A stretch of 64,000 bases of DNA from Basidiobolus meristosporus CBS 931.73 (lineage: Eukaryota; Fungi; Basidiobolomycota): assembly GCA_002104905.1 (NCBI GenBank), contig MCFE01000135.1, positions 93,865 to 157,864 of the forward strand. Reading direction: 5' to 3'. Position numbers and translations under genes: made by a program. Positions within the stretch are counted from its first letter, which is position 1; the number at the start of each line of letters is the position of its first letter. Of the stretch, positions 40,433 to 53,954 are shown piece by piece. Below the pieces are notes generated by a model, which was not told the origin of the DNA, did not search any database, and was given only the letters and a program-made list of their open reading frames with translations.

Positions 40433-41943
40433 ATGTCAGACTCCTTCTTGAGTATCTTCGAAAACCTGTCTCAAAGAGACCGAACTGCCTTGTAATGGTA
40501 CCTTTCGTTCCTATACATGCTTTCCCGTTTCCTAAATTTCTTGCTTTAGCTTGGAAAAGCTGGTCAAGCGCTGTTCTCCTTACGAGCTTCATTATTTGAA
40601 TGATCGCTTATTAGGCTTGAGCAAGTGGAAATTTGATATCGTGTCTTCATTGCCCCAAGAATTGGGCGTGAAGATTTTGAGTACACTTGATAGTAAAGAT
40701 CTGTGCTCCTGTCGCGAGGTAATCTTTCAAAGGAGTCCGAAGGAGAGCATCGCCGACTAATACTATCCATGTCAGGTGAATACAAGTTGGTACAAGCTTG
40801 TGAAGAATCAGGAGCTATGGAAAAGCCTATGTGCTGAGCTGGATGACTCTGAGGAGCAATCAAACGGAAGGGTTGGCTGGGAAAAATTGTATCAACATCT
40901 ATATTGCAGAGAACGCAATTGGGCAAAGGGCAAACCGGTGTATACCAGTCGATTGAAAGGTCATCGCGATAGAGTGTATGCAATGAAAATGAAAGGGGAG
41001 ATTTTAGTCAGTGGGAGCTACGATCGTACAGTGCGTGTCTGGAATATCACCTATGGGCAGTGTTTGAATGTGTTTGAAGCAAACACTGTAAGCTGCTTAG
41101 ATTTCCTCCCAAAACTGGGCATCTTGGCTGCGGGGTCTTATACAAGGTACAGCCTATGTGTTCGTACTGACCATCATTTCGTCCACTTACTTTTTCGGTC
41201 CTTTCAGAGACTGCAAGGTGTGGAATATGAATTCGGGAGAGTTGTTGCATACTCTGAGCGGTCATACAGCGGCAATATCCTCTCTCTCCATAGGAGACGA
41301 ATACTTGGTGACGGGTGGACATGACCGATTTCTGATAGTGTGGAGGTGGTCAACCGGAGAGAAAGTGCAAACTTATTGTGACCATGAGCATGCAGTAAGT
41401 AGTGCTGTCTTTTGTAGACGTACATTCTCCAGTTCACTCAATACTCTTTAGATCGTCGGGGTTCATCTTCGGGGAAACAAGATCATATCGTTGTCCAAGA
41501 AAGGACATTTCAAGATCCATGATATTGACAAGGGAACAAGTATATGCAATCTTCATATACATCAGCCTTGTGGAGTGTTCAGTGCATTGGACGTCTTTGA
41601 AAAGTATGTAGTCTGTGCTACTTCAGCCACCGTCTATATGTTCACTTGGGAAAGTCGAGAAAGAGAGTACCTGGATTATGTAAGCTGTAGCGTCTCCCAT
41701 GGTTATATTTCTTGTGTTGGAGTGCATGCCAAAAGAGTCATAGTCGGGTGCCAGTATAGCAGATCCGGTGACTCGATCACCATCTGGGATTCTAACAAGC
41801 TCAAGCTGACCAATGTTGACGTTCGGTTAGCCTTACCTATCTGCTCAACGCAGGTGAATAAGGATGTGATCATGGCGGGCTGTACTGACGGTCGAATATA
41901 CTTGTTCAAATTCTCAACACCCTTGGCAAATGTCACGGGGTAA
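40433..41943 (+). CDS. F-box/WD40 protein (Cdc4/Met30-like), multi-exon
   Basis: F-box DIVSSLPQELGVKILSTLDSKDLCSC..VNTSW..LW; WD repeats LKGHRDRV, SGSYDRTVRVW, LSGHTAAI. Confidence 0.85.
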
Positions 41944-42215
41944 ACTTGGCTTTGTGCTCCACTCTTTGTAATATACTGCTTATCGAAACACTTGGCGTGT
42001 ATCCGTTCGTCACGAACCAAAGTACCTGCGCGAGAAGCCTCGCTTGGCAACAGTGCTGTGAGATGTATGCAAATCGTGATTAAATCGCAAAGCAGCCCAT
42101 TTTCCAAGTTTATTTAGTGATTTGGTGCGGGTGGCTTTTATTACAGATTAAGAGTTCTCAATTAGATAGGGTACAGGTGAATGCGTAAGCGTGTAAAGCG
42201 GTTCGGAGGACGTCT

Positions 42216-44441
42216 CTAATTGTTCTTGGCACGTTTCACGAATTCCCGGATCTTCTGCAGGTCTTTTACTCCATCGGTTTCCACGCCGCTGGACACATCT
42301 ACTCCCCAGGGACGGACTTGGTTTACAGCCTGTTGTACGTTCTCCGGTGTCAATCCACCGGCCAAAAGGATGGGAAATTGATCTCCTTCACGGTTTACAG
42401 AATTCTCCAAGAATTTCTGGGCTATTCTCCAATCGAATGTCACGCCACTTCCACCTTGCAGCTGCTTCGTATCTACTTTAGCGTCGAGTAGGGTAAAGGC
42501 GTTATGTCCTGGTCTACGCAGCTCGTTGAAGTTGCTAAAGGTATTATCGATGTGGAAGGCTTTAATCACCCGTACGGGTAAAAATCTCGCCGTTTCTGCT
42601 GGCTCGTCCCCATGCAATTGTACCAGATCCAGCTTGACTTGTTGCACCACTGATGTGATATAGTCGACGCTTTGATTTTGGAATACACCAACCACCAGTG
42701 GTTTTTTCCCGTTGGTAACATTATCCGCATGAAAACGGAACCATTCCTTGCCCTCTACCGATGGGACTGGGACCTTGGAGCTGGGCAACTCGGATGAAAC
42801 TGTACGAAGCGCATCAACAATCTTTGTTGCATCGTCGATACTAACTTGACGTTTTGACGGCGCAAAGATCAATCCAATGAAGTCAGCTCCAGCTTTAGCT
42901 GCTTCTACGGCAGCCTCAACCGTGCGTACGCCGCATATTTTGACTAGCGGAGGGGATTGTTGTGAGATTGGGACGCTTGCCTCTGCTTGTGTGAGGTCGT
43001 GGATGAATTTCTTTTTATCCTGGGATCTCATTAGCGCCTCACCAATTAAGACGGCGCCCACCCCTTGTTCAATGTATTTGGCGACATCTTGTGGCCCGGT
43101 AATCCCGCTAAGTGCAGCAAGAATAACATCTTCCGGAACCATCTCTGCCAATCTGCTAGTATTCTCCATATCAACATCGAAGGTATGAAGGTTCCGATTA
43201 TTAACACCAATCACTTTGGCGCCGAATTCAAGAGCTTTCTTCATCTCAGCTGCATTGTTAACTTCGACCAATGGCTCCATACCCAAGGATCTGGAGAATC
43301 TCATGAGTTCTTGTAATTTCTCGTCCTCTAGCATCGCCACAATCAGCAACACCGTATCGGCTCCCTCTAACCGGGCTTCCATGATTTGATATGTATCAAT
43401 GATGAAGTCCTTCCGGAGAATGGCTGGTCTATTTGGCAATCTTGAGATGCTCTCTCTGGCTTGGCGTAGGTCCTGAAGTGAGCCTTTGAACCATTTTGGC
43501 TCAGTCAAGACTGAAATTACCGCGGCGCCTGCTTCAGCATAAAGTAATGCTTGTTCGGCAGCAATAGCGTCGACATTAATATCACCTTTGCTAGGTGAGG
43601 CACGTTTGATTTCGGCCATGACCGCAGGCTTTCTAGGTCCCTGGCGTAGCCTGGACACAAGATCAATCAAAGGTGGGGCAATACCAATATCAAGGAGTTT
43701 TTTGAGCTGAGCCTCTGAACGGCCAGGTGTGGCTTTGGCTTCGGCTATATCTGCTAAGCGCTGTACATGAATCTTCTCTAAAATGGTTTGGGACTTTCCA
43801 CTGTTGCCTTCCTCAGTTTTAGTAAGGGTTGAGGTAGCCTCTAGTTCGGGGTTCTCTGCCCAGGTTCCGCCACGGCAGTTCAAAAAGTTCTCGATTAATG
43901 TCATGCCGTGCTCGCTGAGGATGCTCTCCGGATGGTACTGGACACCTTCGATACAATATTCCTTATGCCTGACTCCCATGATAATCCCAGAGTCGGTGCG
44001 GCTTGTTACAACGAGGTCGTCCGGTATGAAAGAAGGGTTTCCGGCCAGCGAGTGATAACGAGTAACTGCTATTCCTTGAGGGACCCCATGATACAAACCT
44101 TTACCGTCGTGACTGATTTTGGATATTTTGCCGTGGACGATTTCTCCGGCGAAAGTCACTTCTCCCCCGAATATTTCAAACATACACTGCTCCCCGAGAC
44201 ACACACCCAGGATGGGTATCTTTCCAGCAAAATGACGAATAACGTCCTTGGAGATACCAACGTCGTCGGAAGGGTGGCCAGGTCCCGGCGAGATAACGAT
44301 ATTTTTAGGGTTTAACGAGGCAACGTGTTCCACGGTGGTTTTGTCGTTTCGAAACACAACGACGTTTGCTCCAGCCGAGCACAGGTACTGGTATACATTC
44401 CAAGTGAAACTATCGTAGTTATCAATTAACACGGTTGTCAT
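42216..44441 (-). CDS. TRP1: Trifunctional tryptophan biosynthesis protein (TrpG-TrpC-TrpF), 741 aa
   Basis: IDNYDSFT, SPGPG, GVCLG, QYHPES (GATase); AEIKRASPSKG, SVLTE, LRKDF, GVNNR (IGPS); VKICG, VQLHG, LAGGL, DVSSGVE (PRAI). Confidence 0.97.
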   Translation of the reverse strand: MTTVLIDNYDSFTWNVYQYLCSAGANVVVFRNDKTTVEHVASLNPKNIVISPGPGHPSDDVGISKDVIRHFAGKIPILGVCLGEQCMFEIFGGEVTFAGEIVHGKISKISHDGKGLYHGVPQGIAVTRYHSLAGNPSFIPDDLVVTSRTDSGIIMGVRHKEYCIEGVQYHPESILSEHGMTLIENFLNCRGGTWAENPELEATSTLTKTEEGNSGKSQTILEKIHVQRLADIAEAKATPGRSEAQLKKLLDIGIAPPLIDLVSRLRQGPRKPAVMAEIKRASPSKGDINVDAIAAEQALLYAEAGAAVISVLTEPKWFKGSLQDLRQARESISRLPNRPAILRKDFIIDTYQIMEARLEGADTVLLIVAMLEDEKLQELMRFSRSLGMEPLVEVNNAAEMKKALEFGAKVIGVNNRNLHTFDVDMENTSRLAEMVPEDVILAALSGITGPQDVAKYIEQGVGAVLIGEALMRSQDKKKFIHDLTQAEASVPISQQSPPLVKICGVRTVEAAVEAAKAGADFIGLIFAPSKRQVSIDDATKIVDALRTVSSELPSSKVPVPSVEGKEWFRFHADNVTNGKKPLVVGVFQNQSVDYITSVVQQVKLDLVQLHGDEPAETARFLPVRVIKAFHIDNTFSNFNELRRPGHNAFTLLDAKVDTKQLQGGSGVTFDWRIAQKFLENSVNREGDQFPILLAGGLTPENVQQAVNQVRPWGVDVSSGVETDGVKDLQKIREFVKRAKNN

Positions 44442-44634
44442 ATCTATTGTACTGCCTTGGTTAAGTATACGGGAAAGTTAACTGAGTGTATATCAAACAC
44501 CAAAGCAATCGCAGAGTGGTAGAAGGTGTGTCTTTCATGGAACCTAAAGAATGAGCCACCTATTTAAGAAAACCGAGAATCCCCAGTGGATAACACCAAT
44601 CAAAGCTAACTAGGCTGAAATGAAATGATGAATT

Positions 44635-44646
44635 ATGAGTCACGTG
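44635..44646. promoter_or_regulatory. Gcn4/CpcA-type site ATGAGTCAC overlapping an E-box CACGTG in the TRP1-GCV1 divergent promoter
   Basis: TTATGAGTCACGTGG about 195 bp upstream of the TRP1 ATG; one mismatch to ATGA(C/G)TCAT. Confidence 0.5.
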
Positions 44647-44754
44647 GGGTCAGCATTAGTGCAACAGTGGGCTGGCTCTATATGGCAAATGGCCAAGTTA
44701 TCAATGGCACAAATCACGTTTAATGTTAGTTACACTATCAGTGGATGATTTCTG

Positions 44755-44790
44755 CCTAGCGTCTACCCTAGCGTCTACCCTAGCGCCTAC
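44755..44790. repeat. 3 x 12-bp tandem repeat CCTAGCG(T/C)CTAC
   Basis: cctagcgtctac cctagcgtctac cctagcgcctac. Confidence 0.85.
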
Positions 44791-45112
44791 TCAGCTCCTA
44801 CTCTCCCCCGTTTTGTGTTGAAGTTAGGTTAATCCTGTTCAAACGAAGGAATATCCGGATTATCCTGGATAAGACATATTAGTTTCCCACCCGAAAGAAG
44901 CCTCCCATTAGGATCTCCGTTTATGGAATGTTAGGATACATCAAATTCTGACGGATTGGCAGCGAAGTGACGGGTGACTACTAAAACATTGCGAAGATGA
45001 TAGGTGTGTGTATTCCACCGAGTAAAGCCCGACTTTTTTTACGTTAAAATAGCCGGTTCAGCGTAGCCGCTCTCTTCCTCTCATCCCTCTAGTTGCCCTT
45101 CTCATCTGACCA

Positions 45113-46412
45113 ATGCTTAGAAACGTTGCCAAACGCTCATTTGGAAAGCTCCCCATTCGCGGCTACTCCACCGCTTCTCAAGGTTAGTTGCTCAGGACAC
45201 TAATCTCCTTACTTCTTGCTCATCCTGGGAAACATCTAGATCTCAAGAAGACCGCCCTTTATGACTTCCACTTGAGTCAAGGTGCGCAAATGGTTCCATA
45301 CGCCGGCTGGTCTATGCCGGTGAAGTACGCTTCGCTTGGTGTCCTGCAATCTCACCTTCACACCCGCGAAAACGCTTCGATTTTCGATGTCTCACATATG
45401 TTGCAAACTAGGTACGAGTGTCTTCGTTTCTCTATATTCATTTAATTTCTTCTTAATACGGGCCTTTAGATTGACCGGCAAAGACCGCGTTCAATTTATC
45501 GAGAATCTGGTCGTTGGGGATATCCAAAGCCTTCCTCTGGGCCACTCCACCCTATCTGTTTTCACCAATGAAAGGGGTGGTATCATTGATGATACGATCA
45601 TCTGCCAACAGGACGATTCGTTGTATATTGTATCGAACGCTGGTTGCGCAGACAAGGACCTGAAGCACATCCGCCAACACCTGGAGGCATTCCAAAATCA
45701 AGGGGGTGAGGCTGAGCTCAAGATCATTGATGACCATTCATTGCTGGCTATCCAAGGCCCTAAGGCTGCAGCTGCCTTACAAGAACTCGTGGATGCTGAT
45801 CTAAGCAAGATGAACTTCATGACCGGAAAGATGATCAGCATCAAAGGCATAGATTGTCACGTTGCTCGTTCGGGATACACAGGCGAAGATGGGTTTGAAA
45901 TTTCCATTCCTACTCCAGAAGTCACTCGTATTGCTGAGTTGCTCTTGAGCAACCCCAACGTTGAGATGGCTGGTCTGGGAGCAAGAGATTCACTCCGTCT
46001 GGAGGCTGGTCTGTGCCTCTATGGCAACGATCTGAACGAGGACATTACCCCTATTGAAGCTGGGCTTACTTGGACCATTGGGAAGCGTAGAAGAGCCGAG
46101 GGTGGCTTCCTCGGTGCCGAGTACATTCTACCACAAATCAAGAATGGTGTGGAGAAGAGACGAGTTGGTCTAATTGTTGAAGGGGCTCCAGCAAGAGAGA
46201 ATTGTGAAGTATACAACGCTGACGGAGAGAAAATAGGCACCACTACCAGCGGAGTTCCCTCTCCATCTCTTAAGAAGAACGTGGCCATGGCCTATGTTAA
46301 GTCTGGCTTCCACAAGTCCAACACCGAATTGTTGGTCAAGGTTCGGAACAGAATGCAAAAGGCTCTTGTGACCAAGATGCCATTTGTTCCTTCCAACTAT
46401 TACAAAGTTTAA
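45113..46412 (+). CDS. GCV1: Glycine cleavage system T protein (aminomethyltransferase), mitochondrial; two introns
   Basis: Arg/Ser-rich presequence; [53 protein letters not shown]. Confidence 0.95.
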
Positions 46413-46848
46413 TTAGTGGTTTTCCGATCACAGTCACACACATTCATAAACGCACTCACCACACTTTACCCTCCGTTCAATCCTGCTTTGTTAATATTAT
46501 CCTGTTGATATCCTACCAGATAATCCTATAAACCATTTGGATGAATGAACAAACTAACCGATAATTAACGCCTCTGTTGCGAAACACAGATAATTAATAC
46601 CTCTACACAGTTCATTGATCGGAATTGGCAACGATTAACGCATGAGTGAGGTGACGTGTGGTTGGATGGAATTGAAGATGAGTAGGTGGCGTATCAATTA
46701 TGCATATTAGCCAAGCCATGATTTCGAGCCAGATGTCACGCTTCGAAATATCGAGGTCCATGCACCCAACCCCTTGGACCTGAAGTACTCCAGAACCATT
46801 CTTTACAGTGGCCAGTTCTTACTTGTTTATTCCAAACATCCGTCGTAA

Positions 46849-49350
46849 ATGTCGTTGATTTCCTACAAAGAGGATCTTGAATATTTGAACCCGGATTTTG
46901 AACCGAACAGTTTACGAGTAATTGACCTGAGGCGTATCCTCTCACGACATAATGTTCCTTATAGTACCACGGTAAGAAAAGCAGTACTTGTGGAGCTATT
47001 TCGCACCCACATCGCAAACAACGCGGAAAATATTCGGAAGGACAGTCGAACGCAACGTAAACGAGACTATACTATTCATACTGGAGTATCCTCATTCTAA
47101 CAAAGGTTTGGCTGTTTTCGTGCGTAGGGTTTCCCACCAATGACGCCAAATAAGCAAAGCTCCTCGACGAGCCCCCCGAAGAGCCGAGTGGTACATATCT
47201 TAACCCTATGTGTCGGTCAGGACACCGTTCAACGTAGCCTCGCATTTCTAACTCCTTGTAGAAACAAACGATAGAGATGTTCGAACTTTTAAGTTCCGAT
47301 GGGGAAACCTCGCCACCACCAAAGCGAAAACCACACGTTAGACGCAAAATCACCAAGGTCAGTTATGCCAAGTTGGCATGTTTTTGGTTCAATACACCAG
47401 TTCACACGACTCTATTTGTTCGAAGCCAATCATCCAGCAAAACACAGACTCTATCAGCTCTGAAGGAGAGTCATCTCCACCGCCAGTCCCACGTGTGCAA
47501 ACTCGCATCAACCAAGTAAAGGTTGGCATCGATGTGATACAGCTGGTAAACTCTAGGCTTTATTAATCTTTGAGTGTAGAGCCACTCCATTATCGACGTG
47601 AGCCCGTCCAACGCTCCAACTGCCTACAGTCTAACGAGTCAAGTAAGTGCGACATTCTCACCATTCATCTGGCTTAGATGTTGATCTTTCTATAAAGTTT
47701 TGCAAACTAGGGCCCCAAAGAAATTGCTTCCACTTTGTCCTTACAAAATGAGCTGGGTGGCAACCTACCGGAGAAGGAGCCAGCCCATACCGACCTCAAT
47801 GTACTGCTTGTGATAAGATATGTACATGTAGGTGGTGGTCTAATGGCAAATTTGATATATCCAGGCATCTGCAGAGGATACAATATTCTCTGATGAAAAT
47901 GTTTTTCAAAGCGGAGGCGAGACTCCAAAGAGAATTGTCAAAGTAAAGACCCTAAGGCAGTCTTGCTAAAAGAAAAGAGATTAAGCAATTTACGTGTACT
48001 AGAAATACAGACGGAAACCAAAGATTCCTACGCATACCTACTCCAAGGAGGTTCTCACTGCGGTTAGTCCGCCCGAAGTGTCTATCGAAACCCAGCATCA
48101 GGTAGTACCTAGCCAATATACGGACTCCTTTGTTGATAACAACTCGATTCTCGACGAAGCAGAGATGTACCTAGCTTCCAAATATCGACATCGGCGCCGT
48201 AAGCACCATCGCCAAGTTTACATTGAATATCAGTGGGGCTCATTTTGGGTCTTCTTAAGTATATGCTTTATGGCGTTTCTCCTTTATCTTCGCATCCAGC
48301 ACCAAAGGTTGGGATACTGCCTGCCCTCGGATGTGGATTCCGGTAGAGTGAGCTCAGCATTTACGTCCAAACCACCTACTGAGCCCTTGCTCTTGTCTAT
48401 CCAGCCACTCCGATGAGTCTGTTATTTCCGAGGTGTACTCCGTGCCCGATTCATGGAGAATGCCAGCACAAGGAGTTTCTAGGATGTGAGCCCAGTTACT
48501 TACCAAAATACACGCCACTGATTTCCTTCGTGAATCCGCTACGAGTCAAATGTGTTCCAGACTCGACAAGAATGGCCAAAGTCGAAGCTATTGTGGAAAT
48601 GGCCCAGGAAATACTGAAATCCCGCGCAGGAATGATCCAATGCCAAAATCAACCATCAACCCACACCGGATTAGCTGAAAGTGAACTTCAACAAGCTCTG
48701 ATGGCAAAGGTATTTGCGTTTTAGTCGTAGTTGGCTGTAGCACTGACCAATTGCATTCTAGCCAATGCTACAACACCTAAACTTGGTGGATCTGTGGCCG
48801 TCAGTCGTTCAAGGGTTAACCAACCGGAATGATGTATCCTCCGATTCCAGGTAATGCTTGGCCTTCGTATGATATCAACCCACAGTCAACTCATTATCGT
48901 TTAGTGGGGAGTTGGTGTTTTCCTCAAATGAACCAGAATACTCTTTAGGATGCCAAGGAATACACGCGTATATCCAACCGGTATTGATCAGTGCGGGCCT
49001 GATGGTGCTTGGAATCTATTGCACATTGCAGTACAATGGTAATATATACAATGGCCATGAATGAGTCCACAGCTAACCCAAATATAGCTTACCTTGCTGA
49101 GAAACAGATGGTTCATCAACTGGTGAGGCAAGTCTATAGAATGCTACGGGTCTCAGCAAACGAAGTCTCCGTAGTTCAGCTTCGAGACTACCTAGTTTTT
49201 GATATCCCACCTAAAAAGCGGCTTTTGCTATGGACAAAGGCAAGCCAGATCGTGGCCCAGAATCCCAACGTACGAACCACGCGCAGAAAGGTGAATGGCG
49301 ATGTATCAACATTCTGGAAGTGGGTTGGCAAGCACAATTTTGTAAACTAG
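46849..49350 (+). CDS. SRC1: Inner nuclear membrane HEH/LEM-MSC protein (Src1/Heh1/MAN1-like), multi-exon
   Basis: N-terminal HEH motif YLNPDFEPNSLRVIDLRRIL..HNV..KAVLVELF; TM segments; CTPCPIHGEC..C...CVPD; C-terminal W..A...V..NPNVR...W.W.G. Confidence 0.8.
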
Positions 49351-49536
49351 ATCATTTTTCGCCTGATTTCGGGAAATATATTTGGAAATATTTGAAAAAT
49401 AAAGTTAAATTGGTGGCGAATTGGACTTATATTGGACATGAGGGCATGGGGACATGGGGGGTATGACCAAGATGTATTCCTTTTATTCGTTTCCAGATAT
49501 TTACATGTGTTGGAGCCCAAAATTGTGGTGACTTGA

Positions 49537-50669
49537 TTAGAACGAGAGCGCCAAAAAACCGCCCAGCAATGGCAGGAGCGGCAGGAGGTAGAGGGATTTG
49601 GAAGCCATGGATTTTATTTCCGGCTCAATACGCCCGCTCAAGACATCTGGCAAAACGGGATGTTAGATGTGGATCCAGGCAGCGATTTGGAGCACGTAAC
49701 TTACCGGAAACGCTACAGGCCTGCTTCAAATTTTGACATGGCAGGGCGTTATTTCCAGACGTGTTGAAGAAAAAGGAATGTGACCGGATCGATAGGGTCG
49801 CAGTCTCTGTTGGAGGCCCCTTGGAGAAGTTCGGATTACCATCGGACCAGTGGTTGAAGATCATCTTGCCAGGAACACTGGGGATGTTTGTATTATAGGT
49901 GTTGTAGAACTGTCCGTCAAAGTAGAAATCTGCTTTGCCAGGAGACCAGTCAAACCGATACTCGTGATAATCCTGGTTAAATGAGTGAATATTCTGGCTC
50001 AAAAATCCTTCACTTCATGTGCACCTACCGCTGCTGTATCTACATCCAGATTGACTGTGCCGTGGGTGAGAGGATCAGCCGAGCCATCTGGTCGTTTGAT
50101 GCTAGGATGGATAGCCCAGTATACTTGAGAAGGATTACGAATGTAGCTCAATAACTCTATATCTAGCTCAGCCTCATCACTCTCGTAGAAGTAAAATGCC
50201 GACACAGTTCCTGCTTGCATTGGGATCTTCATGACCGCTCTGAAGGAGCCATAAAGAATATCTTTTCTATCGATTGCAAAGTCTCGGTTATGATACTGAG
50301 AAATATGTTTGGTTTCGGAAAACAGTACCTTGAAGTGGAGACACTACCACCTCTGAGAGGAGTATCTCCATTCTGAGGGGTAACTACTAGCTCAAGGCCA
50401 TTCGCGTCAGTCTTGACATTATCGGTTGAATAGACACGGTCCACAGTGTTTTCAAACTTGCTTGGCACCTTGTAGCTTGCAACGAGGTAGGTTTTGTCTT
50501 TGTTTATATTCCCAGTGTAGTTGCTCCAAGTGACGTGCTGAGCATTGGCCCAGACGTTCTTTGTATCTTCTTGGTAAAAGCCACAATCGCAGTTTACCTT
50601 CTCTGCAGAGACGTTTGGTAAAAGGGAAAACGTGGCTAAACTGGAAAGAATCAACAGTGAGGAATACAT
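49537..50669 (-). CDS. Glycoside hydrolase family 16, secreted, probable GPI/C-terminal membrane anchor; multi-exon
   Basis: Signal peptide, CDCGF, catalytic ELDIE, FHEYRFDW, NHWSDGN; hydrophobic C-terminus LYLLPLLPLLGGFLALSF. Confidence 0.87.
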
Positions 50670-51847
50670 AGACACTATTGCTGAGTGAAATTATTATTCC
50701 ACTATCATATTATGTCAGTATATATAGTCTCCGCGCAATTCTACCCCAGAAATCCTGTAGGAAAATCAATTTCGGAGGCACCGATCCAGTGACACAATTT
50801 TCACCAAATATATTAACCACCTTGGCTGGCAATTGGTATTCTATTATTATACTTCGTGCTCCATCCCCCATTCTGAATGATGATCTTCAACGAACTAACC
50901 CTCTCAAACTCTAATTTAACCGACTTTGTATTTTTCGCCAACCTAAAGTGGGCAGTGGTTCGAGCAAAAGGCCCATCATACACTAGGAATGGGTCTCTTA
51001 CGACGGAGAATTTCTGGTCGCAGTCTCTTCTATTTCTCGAACATTCCCTGATACTCCCTTTAGTACCTTTCGAATATTCAATCACATCATGTGAGTGGTA
51101 CCAAGTCCAAGAAACATTTATTACTATACATCACCACATTATTTCGGCCAATCCGAATGATGTAATCGATTCTTAGTCGAGGTTGTGTAGCTGCTAGAAA
51201 GAAGAACTTGGGTAAACAGGCAGGTGATGACATCTATCAAACCTAAACTTAACAGATGGAAGGTTTACAATGCACTTGCTTATATATTATAGGTTAGGGT
51301 TAAGGCAAGGGTAAGGTTACAGATAAGCGTTGCACACTGGGCTTATTTATTAATTACTTGTTTGATTATTCACTCTTCAGCATCTCCTGTTGTTATGCAA
51401 TATGGCTATATACGAGTACTTTCGGACTTGGCATTCCACATTTTCAGGTTCCTTAATCTAGTTTAAAGCTTCAAATACTCGGATATATACTACGAAGTCC
51501 TTCCTTCGAAGCTTCAAGAGAAAATTCCACGAGTGATGCCCAATATCAACTCATGACTTTGTTTTGAAAGTGGTACTCCGAAATCGACACCTAAACTCAT
51601 GCGGACTATGTGGCTGGTGCATGGAGGATAAGGACAGCCTCACATTTGCTACTTGATGAGGGCTTGGCATCATTTTTGCTTAATTTTTTGAATAATACTG
51701 TGGCATTATCACCTTACCATATTGGTCACAATGGGAGTAGCTAAGATTACGTAGGGTCAAGGATTGCGGATTTCTAAAATAATATAAAGGTACAGAGCCT
51801 GCGATCAGCTCCGCTATCTTCACAACAGAAACCCATCTTTTGACTGC

Positions 51848-52881
51848 ATGGGCAAGTGCTTGCAGAGTTGCATCAAGTATGGGCTTCGACAATCACGTGA
51901 AATCTGTGACTGGTACTTGGAAAATCGAACCATTGTTTCAGGGATTTCAAGGTATTCACTGATCGAAGGATACCTTGTCAATAATTGCATATCTAAAGCA
52001 GCCGAGTTGTTAAAAGGCACCTCTATCTCTAGGATAGCTCAGAATCTTGAAAATATCGAAGCAGGAAACATATCGATGGCTCATCTCCACCTATTCTGAT
52101 GAGAAGCTGGTAAGATGTATAGCTCGAGCTTGCGCAAAGGCTGGATACGTCGATACCCTAGAGAGTTTACTCCACAAACCATTCAGCCTCTCGGTTGAGT
52201 ACAAGATGTTTGAGGGTTTGTCAAGCTTGTCCGTAGCTAAACTACTACTGAAGCATATTTGCAATAACGGTCGCGTCTATCTGAAGGTTCTTGAAATATT
52301 CACTTTTCATGGCAATGCAGACGCGTACAAACCATCAGAGAAATCAGAGCCTGTATTCCTATATCTGGTCACTCTCGCAATGGAACACTTCGACTCTGTG
52401 CTACTACGAAAGTATATCAGGTATGTGGTTGAATACGGCTATTCAACAGTTTTAAGAATTAACATCAGCTGAGGCAGATGTACAAATTTCCGATATCATT
52501 AATCCAAAGGTTTGCAAGTGGCAGAATGAAGAGATAATCCAGTACTTTCTTCATGCAGGGATCATCCAAACAATACCCCTCAGCTCATTGGTATGTCTAC
52601 GAAACCTTCGAAGTATCCAAAATCTTTTACAACGTCAGCTTGTCCTTGCCTATGACGGCAGTCCAATTCAATGGAGATCACTGCAAAAAGAAATACTTGT
52701 ACAGTATTTAGGATCACCTGGCTCCCGGCAAGTGGTAGGCAAGGAGGCACTCCTGGATACAATCTATTCCTTGGATAAGCAACAATATGGAGAAATCCTG
52801 GACTTAATATCGCCCTGGCTCGGGGTTAGGAGTGAATGGGATATATGGTCTAGCTGTTTAACTCATGATCGAAGAGATTGA
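51848..52881 (+). pseudogene. Fragmented hypothetical coding region (overlapping frames, weak ankyrin-like helices)
   Basis: Three consecutive same-strand ORFs in different frames (51848-52099, 52047-52472, 52588-52881). No family recognised. Confidence 0.3.
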
Positions 52882-53954
52882 GTGGTACTTGAATCAGGCC
52901 AACAGCCACATGTTGCTCGACGTATTGAACAAACTTTTATCTAACTTGAGCATTAAATATATGTAACTCGCGAGAATGGTATTTCTAAATTTAACTACAC
53001 CGGCAGCGAAGGTTGAATATAATAGTGGGATTGTAACATTGATCCAGTAGTCTTCTCTAAATTAGGAAGCTGAGAGTCTGGATCTAGGTTGAAGTCAGAA
53101 TGCTTGGGAGAAGTGATACATCGATCGGAATTCTAGGGATTTGTGTGGCTGTGTATATATATGTACATATACAATATGGTCAAGTGGTCGATAGGAAAGT
53201 ATGCATGTTAGTGGAACCCAGAATTTACTGGTTCAGCTTTTTGGAAAACAAGACGACTGCATAGGAATATAGAAAAATTGCCAACAGCACTGAAAATGCT
53301 GAGGAAGTGCTGACATAGCGCCATGCCTTGGCAAGCATATATCACGTATGCGATTGACTTTGCTGTTCTTCAGCGAGTATATTTCACATACGCGATTGAC
53401 CTATCTGATCTTCAGCGATCCCCTTTCTGATATGAAAGTCAACACGACCGGGTTCCTTTTTTGGGCTGGTGCCACCCAGACCATTTACTGGCTTGGTGAG
53501 ACAAGTAGTATATTTCATACAACAAACGGTTTAAAGGTGTTGATTGACAGGACATAGCAGAGGACTCAAGTAGAATGCAAATGTTTAAAATCTATCGGGG
53601 TTGTGTTAACATGTTATGCACAATAGCGTTTTCATTATAGGTAGCAAGTCAACCAATACAGCTTGGGGAGCTAACCTGATGCGCTAATCCCGCGACCGTG
53701 TTTGATCATCGGCCCGTAGTTATGGTTGCAAGGGTATTCGGCTGGTTCATTTTCAAAGTGTTATAGCCACCCAGCAACCCATAGTAACCACGCACTAGTT
53801 CCACTGCTATGGGGCGAGGCTAAATAAAGATAAATTACTGAGAATGAAGTTAGCCCGGTAAAGATATATTACGTAAGGATGCTAGGGTACTCACCATGCA
53901 AACAAAGAGCGAAAAAAGGGAATTTTCGCGTTGCGTTGGGTGCAATAAAATTTG

